Assembly (NCBI RefSeq): GCF_964355755.1
Contig: NC_092678.1
Coordinates: 2,248,422-2,312,421 of the forward strand
Direction: 5' to 3'
Length of the DNA: 64,000 bases
DNA from: Antedon mediterranea
Lineage: Eukaryota; Animalia; Echinodermata
This document shows, one piece after another, positions 49,701-59,698 of the stretch. The notes beneath the pieces were generated by a model that did no database searches, was not told the DNA's origin, and saw only the letters and a list, made by a program, of their open reading frames with translations. Both the position numbers and the translations under genes were made by a program. Positions within the stretch are counted from its first letter, which is position 1. Each line of letters starts with the position of its first letter.

Positions 49701-52611
49701 TAGGTGGTGATGTTCTGACAACTTTCAGTTACCGGATGGTGATGTTCTGACAACTTTCAGATATTGGATGGTGATGTTCTGACAACTTTCAGTTACTGGT
49801 TGGTGATATTCTGACAACTTTCAGTTGCTAGGTGGTGATATTCTGACAACTTTCAGTTGCTACAGTAGGTGGTGATATTCTGACAACTTTCAGTTGCTAG
49901 GTGGTGATATTCTGACAACTTTCAGTTGCTACAGTAGGTGGTGATATTCTGACAACTTTCAGTTGCTAGGTGGTGATATTCTGACAACTTTCAGTTGCTA
50001 CAGTAGGTGGTGATATTCTGACAACTTTCAGTTATTGGATGACAACTTTCAGTTACCGGATGGTGATGTTCTGACAACTTTCAGTTATTGGATGACAACT
50101 TTCAGTTACCGGATGGTGATGTTCTGACAACTTTCAGTTATTTGATGGTGATGTTCTGACAACTTTCAGTTACCGGATGGTGATGTTCTGACAACTTTCA
50201 GTTACCGGATGGTGATGTTCTGACAACTTTCAGTTACCGGATGGTGATGTTCTGACAACTTTCAGTTACCAGATGGTGATGTTCTGACAACTTTCAGTTA
50301 CTGGATGGTGATGTTCTGACAACTTTCAGTTACCGGATGGTGATATTCTGACAACTTTCAATTACTGGGTGGTGATATTCTGACAACTTTCAGTTGCTAG
50401 GTGGTGATATTCTGACAACTTTCAGTTGCTACAGTAGGTGGTGATATTCTGACAACTTTCAGTTGCTAGGTGGTGATATTCTGACAACTTTCAGTTGCTA
50501 CAGTAGGTGGTGATATTCTGACAACTTTCAGTTATTGGATGACAACTTTCAGTTACCGGATGGTGATGTTCTGACAACTTTCAGTTATTGGATGGTGATG
50601 TTCTGACAACTTTCAGTTACCGGATGGTGATGTTCTGACAACTTTCAGTTACCGGATGGTGATGTTCTGACAACTTTCAGTTACCGGATGGTGATGTTCT
50701 GACAACTTTCAGTTACCAGATGGTGATGTTCTGACAACTTTCAGTTACTGGATGGTGATGTTCTGACAACTTTCAGTTACCGGATGGTGATATTCTGACA
50801 ACTTTCAATTACTGGGTGGTGATGTTCTCACAACATTCAGTCGATAGGTGGTGATGTTTTCTTGTCGATGACCAAATGATTTAAACATTTTTTTTGGGAA
50901 CAGAAATGCATTCAGCATAGTAGACTTTAATTTTGCATCTATTATAATAAACATTTACTAAACATCATGCAGACAGATCTATAGTCACTTGTTGGGTTTT
51001 GCCTTTGTTCTCTATCACTTGATGTAACTTATTTATCAAGTAGAAGACATCCTTATTGTCCATCCAGCAGATTAAACATACAGTATCTCTGCTTAAAATC
51101 TATCATTTCCTATCATTTGACAAATCACTTAATTAAAATTGATAAGTTATCAAAAGAATTCTCATATTTGTTTTAAAATGATGTGAATAAAAAAGACATG
51201 ATGTTGATTGATTGAAAGGTCGTGACCTTTTGATTGAATGTGACGGACACGTTTGGGTTAGTCACTGTAATAAACTCTGCCAGGTACATAATTTTATTTT
51301 AAAAATAGATTTAAATTAAAACCTTATACAGAAACAAAAATTTCAATTTTGTACATTTAATCTTTTTTCAATATTTAGACAGGCCAATGAGGTCCAATCA
51401 GGGTAACTTGCAGTCGTGCTTTCGTTTTGGGAAAATGACGTATTGATGTGTGATCAGTTGTCATCTCGGCCTAAAAGCTGTGTTGAGGAATTCCCAACTT
51501 TCCTTGCAATGCTCACAATGAATTAACGTGACTTATCTTGTTCCTAGGTTGTGGATTGTCGCAAATTGTATTCGTGATGAGACTTGTCATGGTTCAACGC
51601 ACAATGGTACTGTAGCCATCAGTTGAAGTTACTTACTATAAAGTATATCATACTGTACATGTAACATACAATTTATTTTTATCGTAAAATATTAATTAAT
51701 TAATAAATTTATGGAAAGATAAATTTTTAATATAGTAAGGACTGGAATCAATATTTTACAGTAGTACTAACCATATGCCTTTTTTAAAATCATATATTTT
51801 ATAGCATTTTTAGGTAAATTTGTCTGTACTACAGTACATTATACACCCTGTACAGTTTGGAATTGTGTGTACTTTTATTGACAGTGTTTAGCACTAAAAG
51901 AAGTACTTTCCCCAGGCTAAATCAACTTTGTTTTCGTAACACATTATGATTTTATTAGTTTGTTATTGTGCTGCAAACATGACCTTTCTGGGGTAGACAC
52001 ACACAACAAAACATTGCTATTGAATTGTTCCACAAAATTACATGGATCTTTTGTAATCTCACTATTCTAAAATACAGTAGGTGAACCTAGCTATTATGCA
52101 TCTATCAGATTGAAAAGTAGTTGAAAGATACATGAAAGTAGATAAAATGGCATTAGCTGTGCAAACACACTTGAGTTATGCGTGCACACCACAAATCATA
52201 ATCATTTGTAGTTAATCAATGGTTAACTCTGTTATACCTTCGCATGCAATAAAACTCTGATGTAACTCCAATATGACCAAAAGGTTTCAGTGTTATATTG
52301 TATCTGGTGTCTAGATCACACACGTTTAACGCAAAACAATGCGTAAATATAGCTTTTTTTGCACATAATACAAGAAGCACGGGTATACTAGAAGTACTCT
52401 CAATGGATCCAAAAGGAGCAATAATTCTGAGAGACACACCTAATGGTTGTCACCTGGTGTGTCGATCATGCACTCTTACTAATTTAGCTCTTAGCTTTCT
52501 GCTTCTTACCTGGTAATGGACTACATCCTTGGAGGTTCCATTTTCTGACTTGCTTCGGTAGATAGTAGAGGTAGTCCTTGGCCTCTCCTGATCCCTAGAG
52601 TGTTGGCTCAT
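19761..52611 (-). CDS. FoxP: Forkhead box P transcription factor (FoxP1/2/4 pro-ortholog), 12 coding exons, ~790 aa
   Basis: Exons 52611-52510, 41411-41232, 37625-37433, 34904-34691, 32156-32043, 30353-30179, 29860-29611, 26520-26342, 22966-22839, 22521-22392, 21982-21702, 20187-19761; phases consistent (2373 nt). Domains: Q-rich N-terminus, zinc finger [15 protein letters not shown], leucine zipper [29 protein letters not shown], forkhead domain [45 protein letters not shown]. The first coding exon is less certain; it has an acceptor at 52666, so UTR exons lie upstream. Confidence 0.93.
22632..22781. mobile_element. MITE family A copy
   Basis: GTCTACACTATCAAACTTTATG plus internal repeats. 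Confidence 0.8.
24301..24437. mobile_element. MITE family A copy
   Basis: CTCTGTCTACACTATCAAAC ... GTTTGATAGTGTAGACAGAGCTT. Confidence 0.85.
25083..25190 (+). mobile_element. tRNA-derived SINE head (same family at 9383-9462; degraded minus copy ~38740-38805)
   Basis: AGTGGAGCTGTAGCTTGGTGGTTAA..GCTTGCCTTC..GGTTCAATCC with A and B boxes; no intact cloverleaf. Confidence 0.65.
25215..25326. mobile_element. MITE family A copy (one end degraded)
   Basis: AAACTAGTTTGA..GTGTGATGT..TTGATAGTGTAGACAGAG. Confidence 0.75.
25880..26230. repeat. Degenerate ~20-bp minisatellite CTCACAGAACTTGTAGGAG(T/A)
   Basis: Repeated CAGAACTTGT/GGAGACTC motifs. Confidence 0.8.
27505..27575 (+). mobile_element. tRNA-like SINE head or tRNA pseudogene (similar at 24481-24545)
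   Basis: TGGTATAATGGTAGGA..GGTTCGAATCCC A/B boxes; stems imperfect. Confidence 0.5.
33123..33850. repeat. 20-bp minisatellite ATTCAATAAATGTACCCTCT (~36 copies)
   Basis: Directly visible near-perfect tandem array. Confidence 0.97.
37247..37390. mobile_element. MITE family A copy (one TIR missing)
   Basis: CTCTGTCTACACTATCAAACTTTATG plus AAATATGGTAGTGATAT repeats. Confidence 0.75.
40841..41072 (-). mobile_element. tRNA-derived SINE (possibly Nin-domain type); second copy 57391-58425 is interrupted by a MITE
   Basis: Minus-strand A-box-like TGGCCAAGCAGTTAAGG, core GTGCACTTTAAAGAACCTAG and (TAAA)n tail. CAAAGACTG..CCAGAGGGCCCAGTTATGATCAGT is shared with 57420-57470. Confidence 0.7.
41520..41670. 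mobile_element. Remnant of CAGT-terminated Tc1/mariner (Tigger-like) MITE; related remnants at ~12228-12338, ~31825-31970, ~37198-37246
   Basis: TA-CAGTAGAACCTCT end with repeated GG(A/G)ACACC / GTGTCCC motifs; the complementary end GAGG..TT(C/T)TACT(G/C)TA is seen at the other loci. Confidence 0.55.
44330..44780. repeat. ~70-80-bp purine-rich tandem repeat (GGTTAAGATGTGCTCAGC core)
   Basis: Five to six diverged units; this explains the repetitive ORFs on both strands. Confidence 0.85.
45570..46025. repeat. Degenerate ~60-bp tandem repeat built on TTCCATTC/GTTAC subunits
   Basis: AATTCTGTGTTAATTAGAGCTCTCCAATCC is repeated. Confidence 0.8.
49570..50860. repeat. 32-bp minisatellite GGTGATGTTCTGACAACTTTCAGTTACCGGAT with 37-bp variants and higher-order duplication
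   Basis: About 40 units visible. Variant units recur in the same order roughly 450-500 bp apart. Confidence 0.97.
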
Positions 52612-54447
52612 GGGGACTCATAGAAGACTGCTCTTTTGCTACAAAGTTTGCTCTTTGGTTCCAATCTGAAAAACACAAAACAAAATATCCTCATTAGAAT
52701 AATGGAATAATAGAAGGACAGATGATTTTACCATACAGATAACTTGCAGGAAATGTTCGTATGTTTTGTTTATCACCCTAGAGGATTTCTGCAATATTAT
52801 TCAACTACAAACAATGATGCTTCAGTTTGCACTGTCAAATAATAATCTTCAGCCTAGCTTTGAGGGCTGTTTAGTGTTAAAGACATTTTACAATATGCAT
52901 ATTCTGAGAATTTTGAACTAAAAGTGTCTAATACAGCTCAGCAATGCAGTGAACCCATTATATTTGCAGAAGTTGCCAAAGAAATAGAAACTATCATAAT
53001 AAACAATGAATAAAAAGAAAAGATTAATTTTAAACAACAAATAAAAATAGATTGTTATTCACCACAATAAATACAGTTTTGACTCATAGGACTACTAGTG
53101 TGTTACTTTACAAGATGATAATAATTTTTCTTCAGCCTTTCTTTCCTAATAGATATTTATTTTTTGAAACTCTAGGAAAAGCTTGCCCGTGGCAATCTGG
53201 AAACACAGAGGAGAAATCACCAAATAAAGAACTTTCTTTTAACCTTTCATGACCCTCAAAAGGCAGTGCTCACAGAATCAGTTGCCCGAGGTCCCATGGC
53301 AACCAACAAAAAATTACACTGGGCAGCTAAATTTAAAATGGTCTATCCTGAAGGGCAACCTAATAAAATCCCAAAAGAAAAATGTTCTGACCTTTTGAGT
53401 AAAAAAAACTAGTTTAAGTTGAAGACATTTGTATGTAGAAAAAATATGATGCAAATAAAAATGGGGACGGTAAATGAATTGTAAAACTTTGAGTAAAACC
53501 AATTTTGTTTTGTTTCTGCGAGCACTGAGATAGTACATTAAAACAGTTTGATTATAGTGTGATAAAAGTTAATTCTAGCTTCAATAAATTTACAGCTACA
53601 AATGTTTCAAGTGTAAATGTTACATAATAAATATCATTTGTTTTATTCTCTCGGTATTTAAAAAAAAAATGTCTACAAATATCATAACAATTAATAAGAA
53701 TGATACAAACAATAATTAGGACATTGTAAAGTGTCTGAAATCTTAGCGATTACACTTTACAAGTTATCAGAAGCAAACTACTTCCTCGATAGACAAAGCG
53801 AAGATGCAACTTGTGGCTTGTTTGCATGTTTACAATGATGCATGCGGAGCTCAGGAAACACACTTCCATATGGTTAAGTAAACAACAAGCCTAGTACCAC
53901 CTCTGAATGGGGTCAAGCCAAAACAATACAATGAGACCTACAACTGAACTCCGCTCTATTATAAATGTACTCTACTGCAGGCAGCATATTATACTATTGT
54001 GTATTTTTGGTCAATCTTTTAACAATGTACTCTTGAAAATACAGAGTTAGACAAAAGCTTGATGCTTTAGCTTCTTAAAAGTTTGTTAACTTTTTAAATC
54101 ACAGACAAAAGGTATTTATTGTTTGGTTTAAAAGGGAAATAAAGTCAACAAATACACTTTGTAAAAATTGTAGTTTCAGACAAAAAGCAAAGTATTTCAA
54201 ATTTCAAAAGTTTATTTGTTGCTCAGTTTTAGAAAAGAAAGCAAGTCAACAAATGTATTTGGATTTAGAATAAAAAGCAAACAATTTAGATGTTTAATCA
54301 TTGAACTGAAACCTTTTAGAGATATAAGTTTGATTTGAAATTGCTCCAAAAGCTTAACAAACAGAGCTACAGTCTGGAAATCTTTAGCATGGTCCACACT
54401 TAAAAATCAATCCAATTAATCAGAAACCTGGTACTGTATATTATCAC

Positions 54448-54678
54448 GGCTCTATTTAATACTAGTCCAGCTCTATTTAATACTAGTCCAGCTCTATTTA
54501 ATACTAGTCCAGCTCTATTTAATACTAGTCCAGCTCTATTTAATATGTGCCTAGCTCTATTTAATACTAGCCCAGCTCTATTCTATGTACTAGCCCTACT
54601 CTAGTAAATCCTACAGTAGCCCAGCTCTATTTAGTACTAGCCCAGCTCTATTTAGTACTAGCCTGGCTCTATTTAGTT
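54448..54678. repeat. 21-bp minisatellite GCTCTATTTAATACTAGTCCA
   Basis: About 10 tandem units. Confidence 0.93.
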
Positions 54679-55230
54679 TAAATAAATTATTTTTAGTCAA
54701 CTTTATCATCTTTCAAGCCTGGTTAATTTAAATTAAAAATTGTCTGACCACATGTTATGCTATCTAAACTCTAGTTGGTAAAAGATTTATGGTCATTCCT
54801 GATCTTCTAATCTGCTGTAGAGGGCTCTGTTTTCTGCATCTGATATTGGTATTTTTTCCTCAATTAATACTGTAGGGGAATCCCCAGATTGTACATGATT
54901 TCCTGTAGAATTGTTCTTTTTAAAAGTGTTTCCCCAAACTATTATAAAGTATAAACTTAAAAGAAAGTTTAAAAGAAAAAAAAATACAGCAATTGTTTAA
55001 TAAAACTACTAAAATAATACAGTATGCCCCATTTCTATAACAATGCTCTTTATCACTGATATCACTACAATTTCGATCTCGCTTCCTGGAAATCTTGTTT
55101 TCACGCAAGTAGAAGGCCAGAAAAAAGTTCTTGATATTTGGAGACTAATATTTTAGAATGTACAAGATGAATAAATTATGTTTGAGAAAAGCTTTCTTTT
55201 GTTGTTTGCTATATGACACACTTTTATTTA

Positions 55231-56078
55231 CCGTATATTTCGGTGTATAAGTCGCACCTGTGTATAAGACGCACCCACTAACTGAGAGTAAAATATCGGT
55301 ATTTTTTATATCGTCGATGTATAAGACGCACTTTATATTTCATCAAAACAATATTTTTTTAAATTGTAATCAATATTATTGTAATAATATATTTTGTTAT
55401 ATCTACAACGCTCTCCTTTATTTAGCTTTTTTCTTACCTAGGCTCGGCCGCGCCCAGCCTCAACAAGTTATTTCTAACTTGTTATTCGTGAGTTTCGTAC
55501 CCGCAACATCGAGTGCATGACCGTGTGTGTAACACGCACGCGTGTGTGCTAGCCTCGCTCGATCATTTCGAGAGGGCGCACGTTTTCACGGACAATCGTA
55601 TTCGATTAGTATCTATGTATCCGAGAAGTGTGTACGCTAGGTCCATGCTATAATCACCTGGAGAATATACTAGTCGAATACCGTACACCATGTGGCTGCC
55701 AAGAAGGGCTTGCGCTGGGGGTACGGCGGTCGGCGATCGTGCGTATAACTATAAATAAATACTAACCTATTCCAATCGTAAACGTTTACAAATGAAATTT
55801 TATCGGAGCGCCTAAAACAGCTCCATAATGAACAAATCTTTTCATCATATTTAGTATAACATCATGCTAAAATGCCTTGAAAACTAGGCAGAAGCAGGTT
55901 GCCGTTACGTTAGTACACTGTAGCTGGGCTAGCCTAGTAGCCTACTCAGGCCTAGCCAACGAGGTGACGATATGTACAATCTGTGTGGTGAGGCATATGT
56001 TCGGTGTATAAGACGCACCCTTAATTTAGAGGTCAAATTTGCGTGTCAAAAGTGCGACTTATACACCAAAATATACGG
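55231..56078. mobile_element. Tc2/pogo-like non-autonomous DNA transposon (MITE), copy 1, 848 bp
   Basis: TA TSD; TIR CCGTATATTTCGGTGTATAAGTCGCAC ... GTGCGACTTATACACCAAAATATACGG; subterminal TGTATAAGACGCAC repeats; no transposase ORF. Confidence 0.92.
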
Positions 56079-56551
56079 TAGCTTTTCTGTTGTTGTTTTT
56101 TGTACCTTATTCAACCACTGTTACCCATAACAATCTTCTTCGAATTTAGATCAAAATGTATTACAGTATAAATGAAAGTACAAATCAAATTCTGTGTATT
56201 TTTCACCCGAATCAAACATTAATCTTTAATAGCTTTCAAATACTGAGTCCATTCAAACATTAAAATCTTTCTTTTAGTATAGCTTTTGTCAACATAGGAA
56301 ACATAATTATTCCATGCTTTCTTTATTCTTACTGTGTACGTTACGATTCCACTCATTCACACCTGCGGCCGTTAAGTCTACTACAATTGGAATTGATTAA
56401 CGAAAGTGTCAAGATTTAATTTACTAATATTTTGTAGACTGTTGGGAAAACTGTTTTAATAATTTTTAATTTTTCAACTTTATTTGGGCCATACAGTAAT
56501 ATAAACTACAGTTATTTTTCTAATAACAGAAATGATTATTAAACAAAACAA

Positions 56552-56805
56552 AGGGCGTGTGGCACAGTGTGTTGGACGTTGGATTACTGATCGCCATATC
56601 GCGAGTTCAGATCCAACTCTCACCGTATTGCTTGTATCCTTAAACAAGACACTTTACTTGCGTTTGCCTCTTTTTACCCAGTTAGGTCAGGACACAACTT
56701 TGCGCTGTTTGCTAGCTGCATTATGGTAGTATGTTTGGTTAAAAAAAAATGAACGAGTAACAATGTGAAGCGCTTAGAAGCATTGTGCAATAAGTGCTAT
56801 ATAAT
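56552..56805 (+). mobile_element. tRNA-derived CORE-type SINE with L2-like tail
   Basis: Head TGGCACAGTGTGTT..GAGTTCAGATCC, CORE-like TCCTTAAACAAGACACTTTAC, tail TGTGAAGCGCTTAGA..AAGTGCTATATAA. Confidence 0.7.
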
Positions 56806-57510
56806 CTAATGAATAATATTATTCTTTAATCATTATTAAAATATTTATTATCAAAAGTGTTAATAGAGCTACAATTTAGTATAGTCAATCAGACAGGGTC
56901 CATCTGTATTTTGTAAATTTCTTAATACAGTACTACAGTTCAGTTGTGTTTTTTAAATCTTTACAATTACTATAAATACGGTATGAATTATGACTTACAA
57001 CAATCTTAGCGCCATTGTTACCTACACAATACAAATTATGGAGCTCAGAACGCTAGGTCGTCTGCTGCACGAGAGAGGTTAAAGCAGGTCATACTGAAAT
57101 CAAACCAACCCACTCAAGCCATTATGATTGTCAGTTGATTAGCAGACTAAATAAAACGCAGTAATATAAATATCTTTGTCGACATTCAATATCCAAATTT
57201 TATAGTAATTTTTATGATGATATTATTGACAAGATTTGTGTTCCAATGATATTTAAATTATCTAAATGCCTGCATAATTTAAATAGAAATAATTGCAAAT
57301 AATTGCTATAAAAAATTACCAGTTACTGTGCATGAGCAATAAATTATTATCATATTGTTGGATGTTCAGACCAGGAAAGTAGTCAATAACAATTATTATT
57401 TCTTTATACTGGATAGCCTCTTCAGTCAAAGACTGTTCTACCAGAGGGCCCAGTTATGATCAGTGGCTGTGTGTATTACTGTAGTACATGTACACCGGTG
57501 TAACCTCCTA

Positions 57511-58358
57511 CCGTATATTTCGGTGTATAAGTCGCACCTGTGTATAAGACGCACCCCCAACTGAAAGTAAAATATCGGTATTTTTTATATCGTCGATGTA
57601 TAAGACGCACCTTATATTTCATCAAAACAATGTTTTTTCAAATTGTAATCAATATTATTGTGATAATATATTTTGTTATATCTACAACGGCGTCCTTTAT
57701 TTAGGTTTTTTCTTACCTAGGCTCTGCCGCGCCCAGCCTCAACAAGTTCTTTCTTTCTTTCTTTCTTTCGCCGCAACATCGAGTGCATGACCGTGTGTGT
57801 AACACGCACGTGTGTGGGCTAGCCTCGCTCGATCATTTCGAGAGGGCGCACGTTTTCACGGACAATCGTATTCGATTAGTATCTATGTATCCGAGAAGTG
57901 TGTACGCTAGGTCCATGCTATAATCACCTGGAGAATATACTAGTCGAATACCGTACACCATGTGGCCACCAAAAGAAGGGCTTGCGCTTGGGGTACGGCG
58001 ATCGTGCGTATAACTACTGTATAAATAAATACTATTCCAATCGTACGACGTAAACGTTTACAAATGAAATTTTATCGGAGCGCCATAATGAACAAATCTT
58101 TTCATCATATTTAGTATAACATCATGCTAAAATGACTTGAAAACTAGTCCTAGGCTAGGCAGAAGCAGGTTGCCGTTACGTTAGTTAGTTACTGTAGCTA
58201 GGCCTAGCCTACTCAGGCCTAGGAAACGAGGTGACGATAGCCTAGGCCTAGGCACAATCTGTGTGGTGAGGCATTTATGTTCGGTGTATAAGACGCACCC
58301 TTAATTTGGAGGTCAAATTTGCGTGTCAAAAGTGCGACTTATACACCGAAATATACGG
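57511..58358. mobile_element. Tc2/pogo-like MITE, copy 2, nested in a SINE
   Basis: Perfect TIRs and a TA TSD; highly similar to 55231-56078. The flanks rejoin into a copy of the SINE at 40841-41072. Confidence 0.92.
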
Positions 58359-58705
58359 TACTCATTTCAAAAGATATATTAGGTTTTTAAAGTGCACATG
58401 AGCTAGATGTGTACACTGGACTTACAATACAGTACTTTTCAAATTGGAAGCATAATAACATACAGTCAATGTTAAATATCATCCTATAAGCCTGGGTGTA
58501 CAGCTGTATAGTAGACTTGACCTTGGTAATTAATAACGAACGAATCTATAGGGTTAGCAGTCCTACCACAGGAAGAGGTATACTACGGTACCTTCAGTAA
58601 TAGATATGAAAATTAGCCAATGAATGGCCTTGTTAGACAAGCAACAGGCTAACCCGCTCTGAATGAACTTGCCCGGTGGTGTACAGTAGTAACTAAAATT
58701 TAAAT

Positions 58706-59698
58706 CATCAAGCCCTGGACACGCGTATCAAGCCCTAGACACAAGTGTATATCAAGCCCTGGACACTCGTATCAAGCCCTAGACACAAGTGTATATCAAG
58801 CCCTAGACACAAGTGTATATCAAGCCCTGGACACGCGTATCAAGCCCTAGACACAAGTCTATATCAAGCCCTGGACACTCGTATCAAGCCCTAGACACAA
58901 GTGTATATCAAGCCCTAGACACAAGTGTATATCAAGCCCTGGACACGCGTATCAAGCCCTAGACACAAGTGTATATCAAGCCCTGGACACTCGTATCAAG
59001 CCCTAAACACAAGTGTATATCAAGCCCTAGACACAAGTGTATATCAAGCCCTGGACACAAGTGTATATCAAGCCCTGGACACGCGTATCAAGCCCTGGAC
59101 ACAAGTGTATATCAAGCCCTGGACACGCGTATCAAGCCCTAGACACAAGTGTATATCAAGCTCTGGACACTCGTATAAAGCCCTAGACACAAGTGTATAT
59201 CAAGCCCTGGACACAACTGTATATCAAGCCCTGGACACGCGTATCAAGCCCTAGACACAAGTGTATATCAAGCCCTGGACACAAGTGTATATCAAGCCCT
59301 GGACACGCGTATCAAGCCCTGGACACAAGTGTATATCAAGCCCTGGACACGCGTATCAAGCCCTAGACACAAGTGTATATCAAGCTCTGGACACTCGTAT
59401 AAAGCCCTAGACACAAGTGTATATCAAGCCCTGGACACAACTGTATATCAAGCCCTGGACACGCGTATCAAGCCCTAGACACAAGTGTATATCAAGCCCT
59501 AGACACAAGTGTATATTAAGCCCTGGACACGCGTATCAAGCCCTGGACACAAGTGTATATCAAGCCCTGGACACGCGTATCAAGCCCTGGACACAAGTGT
59601 ATCAAGCCCTGGACACGCGTATCAAGCCCTGGACACAAGTGTATATCAAGCCCAGGACACAAGTGTATATCAAGCCCTGGACACGCATCTCAAACCCT
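58706..59698. repeat. Minisatellite of interspersed 24-bp (ATCAAGCCCTRGACACAAGTGTAT) and 20-bp (ATCAAGCCCTGGACACGCGT) units
   Basis: Directly visible array; this explains ORFs 58925-59773. Confidence 0.97.

Noticed and set aside
49570-59698. Tandem arrays as CRISPR-like repeats
   Set aside because: No unique spacers, eukaryotic intron context and no cas genes; these are minisatellites.
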